Shown: positions 9,925 to 21,568, counted from the whole stretch's first letter. The stretch is DNA of 63,328 nt, filler included, from Globobulimina sp. (GCA_003354225.1; 19 parts of 19 records of this genome joined end to end with filler, not necessarily neighbours in it); one strand, 5' to 3'. The notes: generated from the sequence alone by a model not told the origin. Numbers and translations: made by a program.

Positions 9925-10482
9925 NNNNNNNNNNNNNNNNNNNNNNNNNNNNNNNNNNNNNNNNNNNNTTAATTAATTAANNNNNNNNNNNNNNNNNNNN
10001 NNNNNNNNNNNNNNNNNNNNNNNNCCATCCTTGGATGGAAAATTAATATTAAAAAAACAATGTCAAATATTAATGTATTTGTTGCTACATAAGAAATGTA
10101 CAAAAAGGAATATACATCATTGGTTTAAGAAACGTTTCGCCTGATTCATTTTAGGCGGATTGTGTCGTTCTCAAAGTCAATGTCTTAATTAATAATATTT
10201 ACCCCCTGGGAAAACGTAACGAAATAGTCTTTCCTTTGGGGGTTTTGTTTAATAAATTTATTTACTACATAAAAAAATGGATTTCCTTTTTGTTACCCTT
10301 TTTATTTTTATTGAGTGTTTTACCAGAACTATATTACAACAATTGTGGTATTTCCATTAGGTGTGGTGTTTTATATAATGTTTCAAATTAATTACACAAC
10401 GGTTTGCTGACTAATGCTAATAAGCAAATATGTAGCGTATATACACAGTACACGGACACAACAAGTTTTTAAGATTAATGAT

Positions 10483-11358
10483 TTAATCTTCGGTGTTCAA
10501 ATTAAGGTGCTTTAAGATTGAGGACAGGCCACCATTACTTTCCATATTTAAATATTTTGTATATTTGGTCTCATCAAAATGGAAATGCATAGTCGTACTT
10601 TCTCTGTCAATACATCCGTATTCCTCAATGGCTTGCTCCAATTGTTGTTGTGTTGGAGCAGACACTCTGTGCTGATAAAATGCATTGACTCCGGCTGACA
10701 TTATTACAAATGTTCCATGGTAACAAGGCACACTTAATACACAATCATTTTCTTTTCGCATGTTTTCATTATTTTTTTCCTCTTTCCCTCTTATAACTGC
10801 TTTGTGCATTGGTCTAAACTCCAAATATTCTGTCCTTCCCGTTGAAAATGTACAGACTATGTCACCAATACCAGGCTGTAAGTCTGTATGCCACCAAATA
10901 TGCGACTTTTTGGATGTATAAACATTATAAACAATGCCATTAAATGATATCCCAAATTGAGTGTACACTTTTGTTAATAATTTAGTTTGTATAATATCAG
11001 GTATTCCATTGTTCATTTTCCAATCATGTTTGCCATATCGATAAATTTGTTTATTTAATTTATCATCAACATTAAAATACAACGCATGACGTCTGTTGCC
11101 ATGCTTTATTAGATCCTTCTCACATACTTTCCGTGTATGTTTCTGATATAACGCAGACTCTTGCGGTGATAGAAAATTATGAATACAAATCACATAATGG
11201 TTGTGATTTATATTTTTTTGTGACTCATTAAAAACAAAACCTTTTAATTTATGAATTTCAAATTGGTAATTTTTATCCAATCCTTTGAGAAACTCTGTTA
11301 AATCAAATTTATTTTCTTTTACCTTTTCATCATCCATGTCATTAGTAAATGTTGCCAT
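10483..11358 (-). CDS. AlkB-family 2OG-Fe(II) dioxygenase
   Basis: FNGIVYNVY, HIWWHTD (HxD), FSTG, HGTFVIM, YQHRV (distal His), DRESTT (2OG-binding Arg). Start taken as MATFTND. Confidence 0.8.
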   Translation of the reverse strand: MATFTNDMDDEKVKENKFDLTEFLKGLDKNYQFEIHKLKGFVFNESQKNINHNHYVICIHNFLSPQESALYQKHTRKVCEKDLIKHGNRRHALYFNVDDKLNKQIYRYGKHDWKMNNGIPDIIQTKLLTKVYTQFGISFNGIVYNVYTSKKSHIWWHTDLQPGIGDIVCTFSTGRTEYLEFRPMHKAVIRGKEEKNNENMRKENDCVLSVPCYHGTFVIMSAGVNAFYQHRVSAPTQQQLEQAIEEYGCIDRESTTMHFHFDETKYTKYLNMESNGGLSSILKHLNLNTED

Positions 11359-12027
11359 TCTTTGATATTTAATATGTAAATCAATGTGTGTTGATGGTAG
11401 GATGGAACGAGTAAGACTCCTAAACATTAAAATCAAAAACATCACGCAAGTTAGAGAAACATCACGTTTGTATATGAATAAGTACATCACGTTTGTACTA
11501 AAATATATACATGTTACTAGAATATGTACATCACATGTTAGAAGATGTATAGATGTACGAACAACATGTAAACACATTTTTATTTTCATTAAATTTAACA
11601 GTGCGGTACAAACACAAAAGGCACCACTTAATTTTATATTTAAGTATGAATGGAGAATACGCATCTACACTACAAAAGAAATGATGTTATTACTCCACAC
11701 ACATAATCTATTAGACGCAATGCATATATAGAACACAAAAATATGCATATTGTTATTATTTGTGAATATGAAAACAATATAGAATAAAATGAAAACAATA
11801 TAGAATAAAACGACAACAATATTTATAATGTATGTACACACTTTAACTTTGTATAAGGTATTTTTTATTGTTTTTTTTTCTCTTAAACAACCACTCTTAA
11901 CAGTCTGAATAAGAAATATTAAGAATTCATGTTTAATACTGCAATGCATATGAAATTGTCCATATTGCAACAATTCCGCTATAATACAGATTGCATTATA
12001 TATAAAACCAATTATTTAATGTACAGA

Positions 12028-13197
12028 TTATAAAATGTTATAAAATGGTTGTTTGCGCTGAGCAAATTTTTTTGATATTTGAATTTTATATCTTTTGAAA
12101 TATACTTTAAACCACGGATGGCATATTACATTCATTAATCGATGTGCTTCATTAATATTTAATAAACTCTTCAATAAGGAAAAGGAAGCAAAGTTGAAAT
12201 ATTTTAGCATGTTATACTTATGCATCATCAAATATTCTCTCAATTTATTATGAAATAATGCGTCGTATCCACTGCCTGCTTCATAGATTTCCAATGGTTG
12301 ATACAAGTGTTTACCCACAGTCATAACCTCAAACATAATCATCCCTAATCGCCAAATATCAGCACCTCTCGCATCGTAAACCTCGCCGCAAAATACTTTT
12401 GGTGCGAAATATGCTTCATTTTCTAATGAAAGTCCTTGTTTAGAACATAAAAACGAGTTTAATTCAAATACTTCAGCAACACCGAAATCCACTAATTTTA
12501 CAGATATTTTCGGATTAATATGTACAACGCGGCCTTGTTGCTCATGGATGAAAGCACCATTCAGCAACATTATATTTTCAGTGCACAAATCCAAATGGCA
12601 ACAATGCATACAATCATGCAGCCATTGCACAGTTACAAATAACTGAAATAATAAATATTTCATAATTGACTGATATTCTTTCATGGATAGTCTTCCATTA
12701 TTGATATAGCCATTTGCTTTCCATACAAATTCTTTTAAATTCATTTCTGACGCAATATACTCAGTCACCAAATAATAATAATCATCTGACTCAAAGAAAT
12801 CTACATATTTGGCAATATAATCACCAATCGGTTGATGATCAACAGTCAAATATTTAAGGATTTGAGCTTCGATGATTATATTCTCAGACACACAAAAATT
12901 AATATCCCCTTCAATTGCAATCTTTGCTCTTATTAACTCTTTGCTCGTTTTTTTAACCGCCACATAACTCTCTTTTCCTGCTCCACACATTCGCAGTTTC
13001 TTGGCTTTGTATAATTTACCTTGTAATGTGTCACAAATCACTGCTATTTTCTCATATCCATTTTGCCGAAATCTTATGTTTTCATCCATTTCAGATATGT
13101 TGCTCAATAACGCTAACACTGGAATATCGTCTAAAGACGCATCTGAATCCCAATCAACCAACGGATCGGATGATGCAATTGTTGAAGGAAGTGACAT
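12028..13197 (-). CDS. Divergent Ser/Thr protein kinase (CAMK-like, non-RD)
   Basis: VAVKK, E in ENIIIEAQIL, HLDLCTENI, VDFG, YFAPKV, ADIWRLG, HPWF. Confidence 0.85.
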   Translation of the reverse strand: MSLPSTIASSDPLVDWDSDASLDDIPVLALLSNISEMDENIRFRQNGYEKIAVICDTLQGKLYKAKKLRMCGAGKESYVAVKKTSKELIRAKIAIEGDINFCVSENIIIEAQILKYLTVDHQPIGDYIAKYVDFFESDDYYYLVTEYIASEMNLKEFVWKANGYINNGRLSMKEYQSIMKYLLFQLFVTVQWLHDCMHCCHLDLCTENIMLLNGAFIHEQQGRVVHINPKISVKLVDFGVAEVFELNSFLCSKQGLSLENEAYFAPKVFCGEVYDARGADIWRLGMIMFEVMTVGKHLYQPLEIYEAGSGYDALFHNKLREYLMMHKYNMLKYFNFASFSLLKSLLNINEAHRLMNVICHPWFKVYFKRYKIQISKKFAQRKQPFYNIL

Positions 13198-13365
13198 TGT
13201 AGAGCGTAGAGGGAAAAAAGTAGGGGGACTGGAATTACAGAAATTGAATCGATAGAATATCTCAANNNNNNNNNNNNNNNNNNNNNNNNNNNNNNNNNNN
13301 NNNNNNNNNTTAATTAATTAANNNNNNNNNNNNNNNNNNNNNNNNNNNNNNNNNNNNNNNNNNNN

Positions 13366-14157
13366 ATCACAAGGGCCGTAATAAGGCCACCAAGTAACAC
13401 CACATTTTTTTTGTCTTTTCAATAATTTTTTAATTCCTTTCGATTTTTCTAAAATATTAAAATAATGAGCTTTTAAATTTGGATATTTTGCCCAAATAAA
13501 TTGATGTAACAATTTTTCATTATTTCCAAATAATTCATGTAAAGCATCCAATAAATTAAATAATGCTAAATCTGACTGCGTTATACGACCATCAAAATAA
13601 TATAATCTATTTTCAAGTGGTTTGGATATGACAGATAAAAATATTTCAACTTTTCCATTTAAAAAATCCACCAATGCTCTTATACTTTTTTTTGGTTCAA
13701 ATAACTTAATAATATCAAATAAATCCATACAATTTGCCACTATCATACCAGCTCTATAATGGTCAATATCTGCGGCAGGCCGTAATCCATATCGATTAGA
13801 AATATATTGGACAATCATTGGAGTTTGAGACAATGCAATGGATGGATTACTATAATTTACTAAGAATGGACAACCATACGGCAACCATTTACGTTCTAAA
13901 TTTAATATATTTTTATGTGCGGGAATTAAATGTTGCACATCGTCGTTGTTTGGTGAGTTCTCTGTATGAATTGATGGCTTACCACAGTTCTTATGAATTG
14001 GTGATTGGAAGATGCCGTCAATATTTTTGAAACCATACGCATCAATATAATCTATACCGCATTCTTCTAATACTAAGCGTACAAAATTCCCTCTGCATTT
14101 AATAGGTAGATGGTAAAATATCCACTTATCTCCTCCTTCAGAGTCAGAGACTGGCAT
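13366..14157 (-). CDS. Glutathione S-transferase (sigma-like), 3'-truncated
   Basis: FYHLPIKCRGNFVRLVLEECGIDY, CPFL, LSQTPMIVQYI, YYFDGRITQSDLALFNLLD, YPNLKAH. Confidence 0.85.
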
Positions 14158-14616
14158 TTCACAATTTTCTGAAAGTCAGAGTAAGCGGGAAAGAAGTTTT
14201 TAAAATACTTACAAGAAGTTTCTAAAATCATTTCATTTTTGACTTATTATTGACACCGTATGCAATATCAATAATCGAATGATCCATAACTTTTGCCATT
14301 CCCACGTTTCTTTTTGCCTCTTCTTTATGATTTGCCATTGTTCCGTTAACCATTACCATATCTGGATTATTTATAGCTTTTTGAGTATGGATATAAATAT
14401 TATAAAACCATATTCCCTTTTTACACCAACCATTATCAGCTCCATACAACATTATTGTATATGATGTTCCTCGTTCAATAGACAGTGAATGTGCAAGTAA
14501 TGTACCATTAATATGCCTATATTCAATAATTGTTCCCACACAGAATGTTTTTTTAAAACTTTTTCAGGCTACACTCGAGACCGATATCCATCGTTTAATA
14601 ACAACTTGTAAAAAGA

Positions 14617-15113
14617 ATGCCTCTTCTAAAACTTACCAAATTGTCAATTCGTATTATTCGTAATGGACGCCGTTTAACCTGCATGGTTCGGAGACGACGA
14701 TTTTCCACTGTAACAAAACCAAAAATAGCAGGATTAGGCCTACAAAGAATTAAATTAGAAAAAGGGGATAAAATCTGGTGGTGTTCATGTGGTCACAGTG
14801 CTAATGGAGCCATTTGTGATGGTATGATATCGATATTGATATTGATTATCCATTGAAATTTGCATACGTACGGTACATTGCTATTTACAAAACAGGAAGT
14901 CATGCACGAAAGAATACAAAAATGGAACCGATACAATTTACTGCGACACGAACTACACAATATGGACTTTGCACGTGCAAGTTATCAAAGAAAGGGGCTC
15001 TTTGTGATGGTATTCTTTTTATTGCATCAAATACAATTATACAGTATGTATTTAACAATATTAATATATATATAGGAAGCCATAAAGAGTTATTGAGGCA
15101 AGCATATAAATAA
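14617..15113 (+). CDS. CISD3: Two-CDGSH iron-sulfur protein (MiNT/CISD3-like); introns 14822-14895 and 15010-15075
   Basis: Spliced product gives WCSCGHSANGAICDGSH and LCTCKLSKKGALCDGSH; Arg-rich N-terminus resembles a mitochondrial presequence. Confidence 0.85.
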
Positions 15114-15726
15114 TAAATGTAATTATAATATCGTATAATTTTAATTATCTATTGACACATTTTTCTAATTGTTTTAATTGTGTCCTATCATTGTGTTTTA
15201 GCATATTCATACTTTTTTTTTATTTTTGTTTTAATGCATGGCCTCAATTGAGTTTCTGTGAAAACATATTGTTTAATATACTTTTTGTTATGCATGAGTA
15301 CAAAATCTGTTTAATTTCTAACTTTCTCCATGTACAGGAATGAGGAATCATTTATATGGGTACATTTTCTTTCTAATTAATTGAAAACCGAAATATAATA
15401 AAAAATCGAAACAAAAAGAAACACATTGTTAACAACAACATATCCGATCAAAAACAGTGAAAAAAAAAGGGTCAAAATACAAACAAATTCAAAATATATG
15501 AAGTTGAACAAAAAAAGACATTCATTTTATCTCAAAAAAACAAATATTAACATCATCATTACATTGGAAATAACAAATAAAGACAAAATGACGTAAGAAA
15601 ATAATTTGTATTGAAGAGTGTCGACATACAACAAAAAATTGAACGAAAAAAACGAAATAAATACCATTTGTTAAGAAGCAGTTACATAAATAAAAAAAAA
15701 ACAAAGAGAGAGAGAGAGAAATTAAA

Positions 15727-16605
15727 TTAAAAGGCCCCGAGATCAGAGAATAGATTGGCACTGTTTGAGACAGTATTTACACCATTTATACTCTTCTTTG
15801 GTGCTGTTTTCATTGTCATCGGCTGTATATTCATACTATTCATGCCCATATTCAATGCATTCATATTACCCATCCCACCAACAACACCTCCGCCTATACC
15901 CATATTTATATTATTCATATTCTGAGCCATCCCCATCATATTCATGCCGTTATTCATTCTCATATTATTCTGTCCCATCCCCATCATATTCATATTATTT
16001 TGTGTCATTCGCATTTGTTGCATATTATTCATATTGCTGTTCGGTGATGTTTCTGTATAAAAGTCAAAAGTGCACACATTCGCACCATTTTTTGCTATTT
16101 ATCGCAAAATCGCAACAAACAAAACATATAAACGAAACGCATTGGTCCAGGGAGTGAAGTCATAAACGCATTGGTTGGATTCGAACGATATTTGCCTAAA
16201 ATTGAACTTTTTGAGTCTTTCTGCTGCGTCTGGCCAGACATGAAATCATTATGACCGCTACCGCCATTTTGTTGCAATTGTGCATTATTATTGGCATTGG
16301 CTTGATTACCAAATCCAACCCAGGTGGTTGGATTGTTATTATTCGTAGGATTATGAAATCCATTCGATTGCGGAGGTGGTTGTTGGTTAAAATCTGGATT
16401 AAATGCACTCTGTGGTCCACCACTGCCACTCATTTGTGTCAAAAACCCAGACGACATGGACTGTTGTGCTTGGTTTTGATTTGAATTTGCATTAAATTTA
16501 CCCATTATACTGGCTATCGCACCATTTTGAGCAGTATTGCCATTGCTGTATGCTTTATTATTACTATTCAACGAGGTATCAAACAATAAATCGCCAATAT
16601 CGGAT
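15727..16605 (-). CDS. C-terminal N/Q/M/G-rich tail of a trafficking adaptor-like protein (ArfGAP/epsin-type tail), 5'-truncated, one probable intron near 16050-16140
   Basis: Low-complexity ORFs 16095-16586 and 15727-16077 ending NLFSDLGAF; family is inferred from composition only. Confidence 0.45.
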
Positions 16606-16705
16606 NNNNNNNNNNNNNNNNNNNNNNNNNNNNNNNNNNNNNNNNNNNNTTAATTAATTAANNNNNNNNNNNNNNNNNNNNNNNNNNNNNNNNNNNNNNN
16701 NNNNN

Positions 16706-18960
16706 ATCAAACCCATATCTCGATTTTGGTCCGACGATTCCCGAACCGGAGATTCGCGGGGTCCATAATTGAAACAGCAACAAATTATTTCGGCCAATAT
16801 AGGACGGATCGAGCTGAAATTTGTTTTGTATGTTCGGAAGACATAGACAAACAACTTGTCCGAGCCGGATTTTTGATTTTTATTTTCCAATCGGCGATTC
16901 GCGAGGTCCCAAATGTAAAACTGAAATCGCTACAATACCTTTAATAATGGTCGGATCGCGGTGAAATTTGTTTTGTGGTTAGCGTGTAGGTAGAGGAATG
17001 GAATCCATGTCTCGGTTCGGTCGAACGAACCGGTGTGGGTTCCCAGAGTGAAATGGAAATCGTTATAATAGCCTTAAGAAGGGGGGTAAACCGACGACGG
17101 GTAAGAGTGGTCAATTAATTATTTACAACCAATTTCGGCCAATTTATGAGGGATTGAGGTCAAATTTGTTTTGGGGGTGCCGGAGTGATAGACTAATAAA
17201 ACGTACATCTCGGATTTTCTATTTTGATTTCCGATTCGGCGATTCGCGGGGTCATGGACTGAAACGTAAATCGTTATAAAACATTTTATATTGGTCGGAT
17301 CGAGCTGAAATTTGTTTTGGGGGTACTGGGGGCATATGCGAACACAACCCACTTGTCGATTTTGGTCCGACAATTCGACGATTGACTAAACGTAGCATTT
17401 AACACTGCACCAAAAGAGTAATGTTTTATTTTATCGGTTATTTTTCATGATATTTTATTGCAAATATATTTGTATTAATTAATAATCACTGTTTATTGCT
17501 GCTTGTGCTGTTGTGTGTGTTATTCCTTGCTTTTGTTTAATAGAAACCGGTACGAGCGTTAAAGATTTATCACATCGTTCGGACACGGATGAAAACTGAC
17601 ATTTTTCGACTACTTTGATTCAGAGACGACCTCGGAGAGATTGGCGTTCAAACCATGTTGATGAAGAATAATCAATATGTATCTTTCACTAGTGGTTAAT
17701 TGCTAACCATTTGAACGAATAAAGGACATTTTGGGATATTTAATGATTAGGCACTGCCGATCGTTTCTTGTGTGAAAGAAACACTGTTAATTACGGAAAC
17801 AATAGATAAATAAATACTAAAAATAAATACAACAACAATAAATACTAAAAATTACTGTTGTAAAAAAGACAAGTCACAAATAAATATCATAATAAAATAA
17901 AAATTTATTCAAGCAAGGTAAACGGAACAAAACAAAACAGTAGGATTTAGTGTCTCCTATAAGACATCTGCTTTTTAAATAAATTTATGGCCCTGAAGAG
18001 GGCCGTTTGGGTTAGTTTATTCTTTGTTAATGACAGCCCTTGTTCAATCTGAAAAGAATAATAATGTTAAATATGCAGGTAAAAGGATCCAGTAGAGCCC
18101 TTAAAAAACGGCAATCCAAAATCGACATTTTCGGCAATTGCTTTGCCATTTTCGGCAGGCAAACCTAGGCATTTCCGGCAACGATTTTCGCATTTTCGGC
18201 AATTTTTATGGGGAATTAAAAACGCTAATTTCTGGCGAATTATGCATTAAACTGTGATTTTTGATGATTTCGATCTCATGCACATGCAGTAACGTTTAGT
18301 GTCTGTAACATTGAAAAACTGCTTTGTTCATCAATATTTTTTGCTAAAATGACACGAACAGCTCAAAGCTATGGCAGCTAATTTTGGAGTTCAATCTATG
18401 GTCACATTCAGAAACAAAGATTGACCAAATTTTTCTTTAAATTCAGGTTCGATTTTGGCCATATTGATTTTTAGCAACAAAATCTCCAACCGGACAGCGT
18501 TTGCAACGGAAATTTCGACAATTTTCGAAGGAAAAACCGCTAAAATGACCAATTTTTTGGCTTTCGGCAAATTCGGTGAAATTTCATATTTTCGGCATTT
18601 CCTCCCATTTTCGGCATTTGCCGTTTTTTAAGGGCTCTAGATCCAAGTCATGCAAAAAAAATTGCAAACTGAGCCATGCTTAAATAATGTAACGTAAGTA
18701 AGGTCGGATCGGGCTGAAATTTGTTTTGGGGGTTCAGAGAGCACGTTGGCGAATCTAACGCACTTGTCTTTTTTGGTCCGACGATTCCCGAATCGGCGAT
18801 TCGATGGGTCCCAGTGTTAAATGGAAATCGTTATAAAACCCTTAATAATGGTCGGATTTAGCTGAAATTTTTCTTGGGAGTACCGGGGACATATACGAAC
18901 CCAACGCACTTTTTGATTTTGGTCGGACGATTCCAGAATCGGTGATTCGGTGAAGTTGGT
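16706..18960. repeat. Degenerate ~140-150-bp repeat family in two clusters (16706-17380, 18700-18960)
   Basis: Recurring GTCGGATCGAGCTGAAATTTGTTTTG (near 16803, 16950, 17294, 18703, 18851) and TTTTGGTCCGACGATTCCCGAATCGGCGATTCG motifs. Confidence 0.8.
18093..18639. mobile_element. Non-autonomous DNA transposon (hAT-like MITE), 547 bp
   Basis: Perfect 22-bp TIRs TAGAGCCCTTAAAAAACGGCAA (18093-18114) / TTGCCGTTTTTTAAGGGCTCTA (18618-18639); near-duplicated flanks GATCC-AG / GATCCAAG; many subterminal TTTCGGCA motifs. Confidence 0.88.
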
Positions 18961-19129
18961 TGGGTTAACCCCCACCCCGATGGCGAGGGTGCGAGCGTAG
19001 CGAGCACCCGAGCGTCGCAAGGTATCTGTTGTTTAGTTTATATTTTTATTTTGGCCCCAAGGGGCCATAGAAAAGAATGATACTAGACGGCAAAATGCAC
19101 TTCGCGCATAGAATTGTCCTTTAATGTTT

Positions 19130-19710
19130 GCAGCGTAGAAAATGGGGATACTAGAAGTACGATTGATAGCTGTTTGCATGAAGCGTAGAAAAGGGGGACA
19201 GTAGAAAGCTGTTAGCATGCAGCGTAGAAAATGGGGATACTAGAAGCACGATGGAAAGTTGTTAGCATGCAGTGTAGAAAAGGGGGATACTAGAAGCATG
19301 ATGGAAAGCTGTTTGGGTGCAGCGTAGAAAAGGGGGATACTAGAAGCATGATGGAAAGCTGTTAGCATGCAGCGTAGAAAAGGGGGATACTAGAAGCATG
19401 ATCGAAAGTTGTTAGCATGCAGCGTAGAAAAGGGGAATACTAGAAGTATGATGGAAAGCTGTTTGCATGCAGCGTAGAAAAGGGGGATACTAGAAGCATG
19501 ATGGAAAGCTGTTTGCATGCAGCGTAGAAAAGGGGGATACTAGAAGCACGATGGAAAGCTGTTAGCATGCAGCGTAGAAAAGGGGGATACTAGAAGCACG
19601 AGCGAAAGTTGTTAGCATGCAGCGTAGAAAATGGGGATACTAGAAGCACGATGGAAAGCTGTTTGCATGCAGCGTAGAAAAGGGGGATACTAGAAGCACG
19701 ATGGACAGCT
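19130..19710 (+). repeat. 50-bp tandem minisatellite, about 11-12 copies
   Basis: Unit GCATGCAGCGTAGAAAAGGGGGATACTAGAAGCAYGATGGAAAGCTGTT(A/T), period 50. Confidence 0.97.
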
Positions 19711-19945
19711 ATAAGACAATAAGTCCTCGCAGATTTAAAAAAATTTAAAAAATTTAAAAAAAAACATTAAATGACAGCGATGTAGTGTATGGGAATTAAT
19801 CGACCTGGTTGCGTCTGACGCGCGACGCGATCGCTGTCATTTAATGTTTTTTTTAAATTTTTTAAATTTTTTTAAATCTGCGAGGACTTATTGTCTTATA
19901 GCTGTCCATCGTGCTTCTAGTATCCCCCTTTTCTACGCTGCATGC
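19665..19945. repeat. Long inverted repeat (>=116-bp arms, 48-nt spacer) truncated by the contig end
   Basis: 19665-19781 is the reverse complement of 19830-19945 apart from one base in an A/T run; spacer 19782-19829. Confidence 0.97.
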
Positions 19946-20045
19946 NNNNNNNNNNNNNNNNNNNNNNNNNNNNNNNNNNNNNNNNNNNNTTAATTAATTA
20001 ANNNNNNNNNNNNNNNNNNNNNNNNNNNNNNNNNNNNNNNNNNNN

Positions 20046-21517
20046 ATTTCCAATGTCCTGTTGAACCATTTTATCTTCACTCACAGTCACTACACTAATC
20101 GATTTATTTTCCACCTCATCAATTTTCATCTCTTCCTCTTCTTTGCTATCCGCATTGTCACTGCTTATTAAAACTTCTTGTGCTCCATAATTATTTGGAT
20201 CCGCCCAATCTAAGCCACGATCATTGGGATGTGTTGATATTTTTTTCTTTACCTTTACATGCGCAGTCACCACAGGCGCACGCAACGGCGTTACAGTATG
20301 TCTGTTAAAATGAGCTGGACCATGAATATGAGTATCATGAGTATCATGCGTATCACATGAATCTGCTTTAACCGGATAATGTTGTACATGTGCCATTGCT
20401 ATATTGTTTCTATCACTATTTGCGTTCCTTTTTGATTTCCTTTTTTGTCCTCTTTTCCTACAACAAATACATGCACACATACAACATATCATACATATAC
20501 ACACTAAGCCACCAGCTGCGATTATCACAGATATCATTCGATTTTGCTTCACCAAAACTATTAAATCTCGTATCAAATATATTATTGCTGTGCCTTGATC
20601 AGAAACTGTGGTCGGTGAGTTTGAAGGTAATGTTGATGGCGTTAAAGTGATTGGATTTGTTGTTGGCGATGCTGTTGGAAATACGGATGGATTCGTAGGG
20701 ATTATTGTGGGTGGTTCTGTAACTTCTGTTGGTGATTGCGTTTCCATTGTTGGACTGTATGTTGTTGGCGATTCTGGACATATTTTATTTTTGTATATTT
20801 GACAACACACGTTTCCATAAAAACACCTGTCGGGGTCATAGTGGTTGGATTAGCAGTGGTTGGCGTTTGTGAAGGTGTTATTGTTGGTGGTATGGTCGTT
20901 GGCAGTGAAGTAGTTGGCATAGATGTAGTTGGTGATGTTGTTGGATTTGATGTAGTCGGTGATGTTGTGGTGGGCTGTGCTGTAATTTTATCCGCAGTCA
21001 GTTTGAATTCATTAAACCAACAATATCTATCACCGTGGTCAGCACTTACGGATTGGACACGAATCTGTATGCCATCAGCATTATTATTAGGTGATGGATT
21101 CCATGTATTAATGGAAGAATTTATATCAACATTTTGCTGTGCTATGCTTTGTATTGTTTGCCAGTTTGTGCCACTATTTGTTGTATATTCAATTAAACAG
21201 TTACCAACAGTTAGTTGTGTTGATATTTGATACGTAAACTGAATATTTTGATAATCAACGGTACTTTGAGTATTTCTTGTTAACATCCAATCATTTTGTT
21301 TTAGAGAAGCATAACCTCTCCAGCAATAATCTGTTGCTGATGGACAACTACCTAATCCGGTCGGTGATTGAAGCGATGTTATTGCTGAAATTGATCCTGA
21401 TTTGACCCATTCAGTTGGTATTGTATCGTTCATTGTGTAATACCATAATATCTCTGCCTGTGATATTGGTAATGAAATGCATATCCACGTTAAATGATAC
21501 AACATAAATGTCGACAT
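20046..21517 (-). CDS. Type I membrane protein: signal peptide, beta-sandwich ectodomain, PT-repeat stalk, TM helix, Cys cluster (intron 20774-20826; 3'-truncated)
   Basis: Signal peptide MSTFMLYHLTWICISLPISQA; SPTT/NPTT repeats; TM ISVIIAAGGLVCICMICCMCACICC followed by a basic stop-transfer run. Confidence 0.8.
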
Positions 21518-21568
21518 TGCTCAGACTAGAAGATGTAATTTGATTTCAACAAAAAAAACAAGCTACAT

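Noticed and set aside
11359-11973. N-terminal extension of the AlkB ORF and adjacent ORFs as coding
   Set aside because: AT-rich, low-complexity TACAT/ATGTA-rich DNA giving implausible peptides; likely upstream non-coding sequence.
19130-19710. 50-bp repeat array as a CRISPR array
   Set aside because: Units are head-to-tail with no unique spacers; no cas genes; eukaryotic context.
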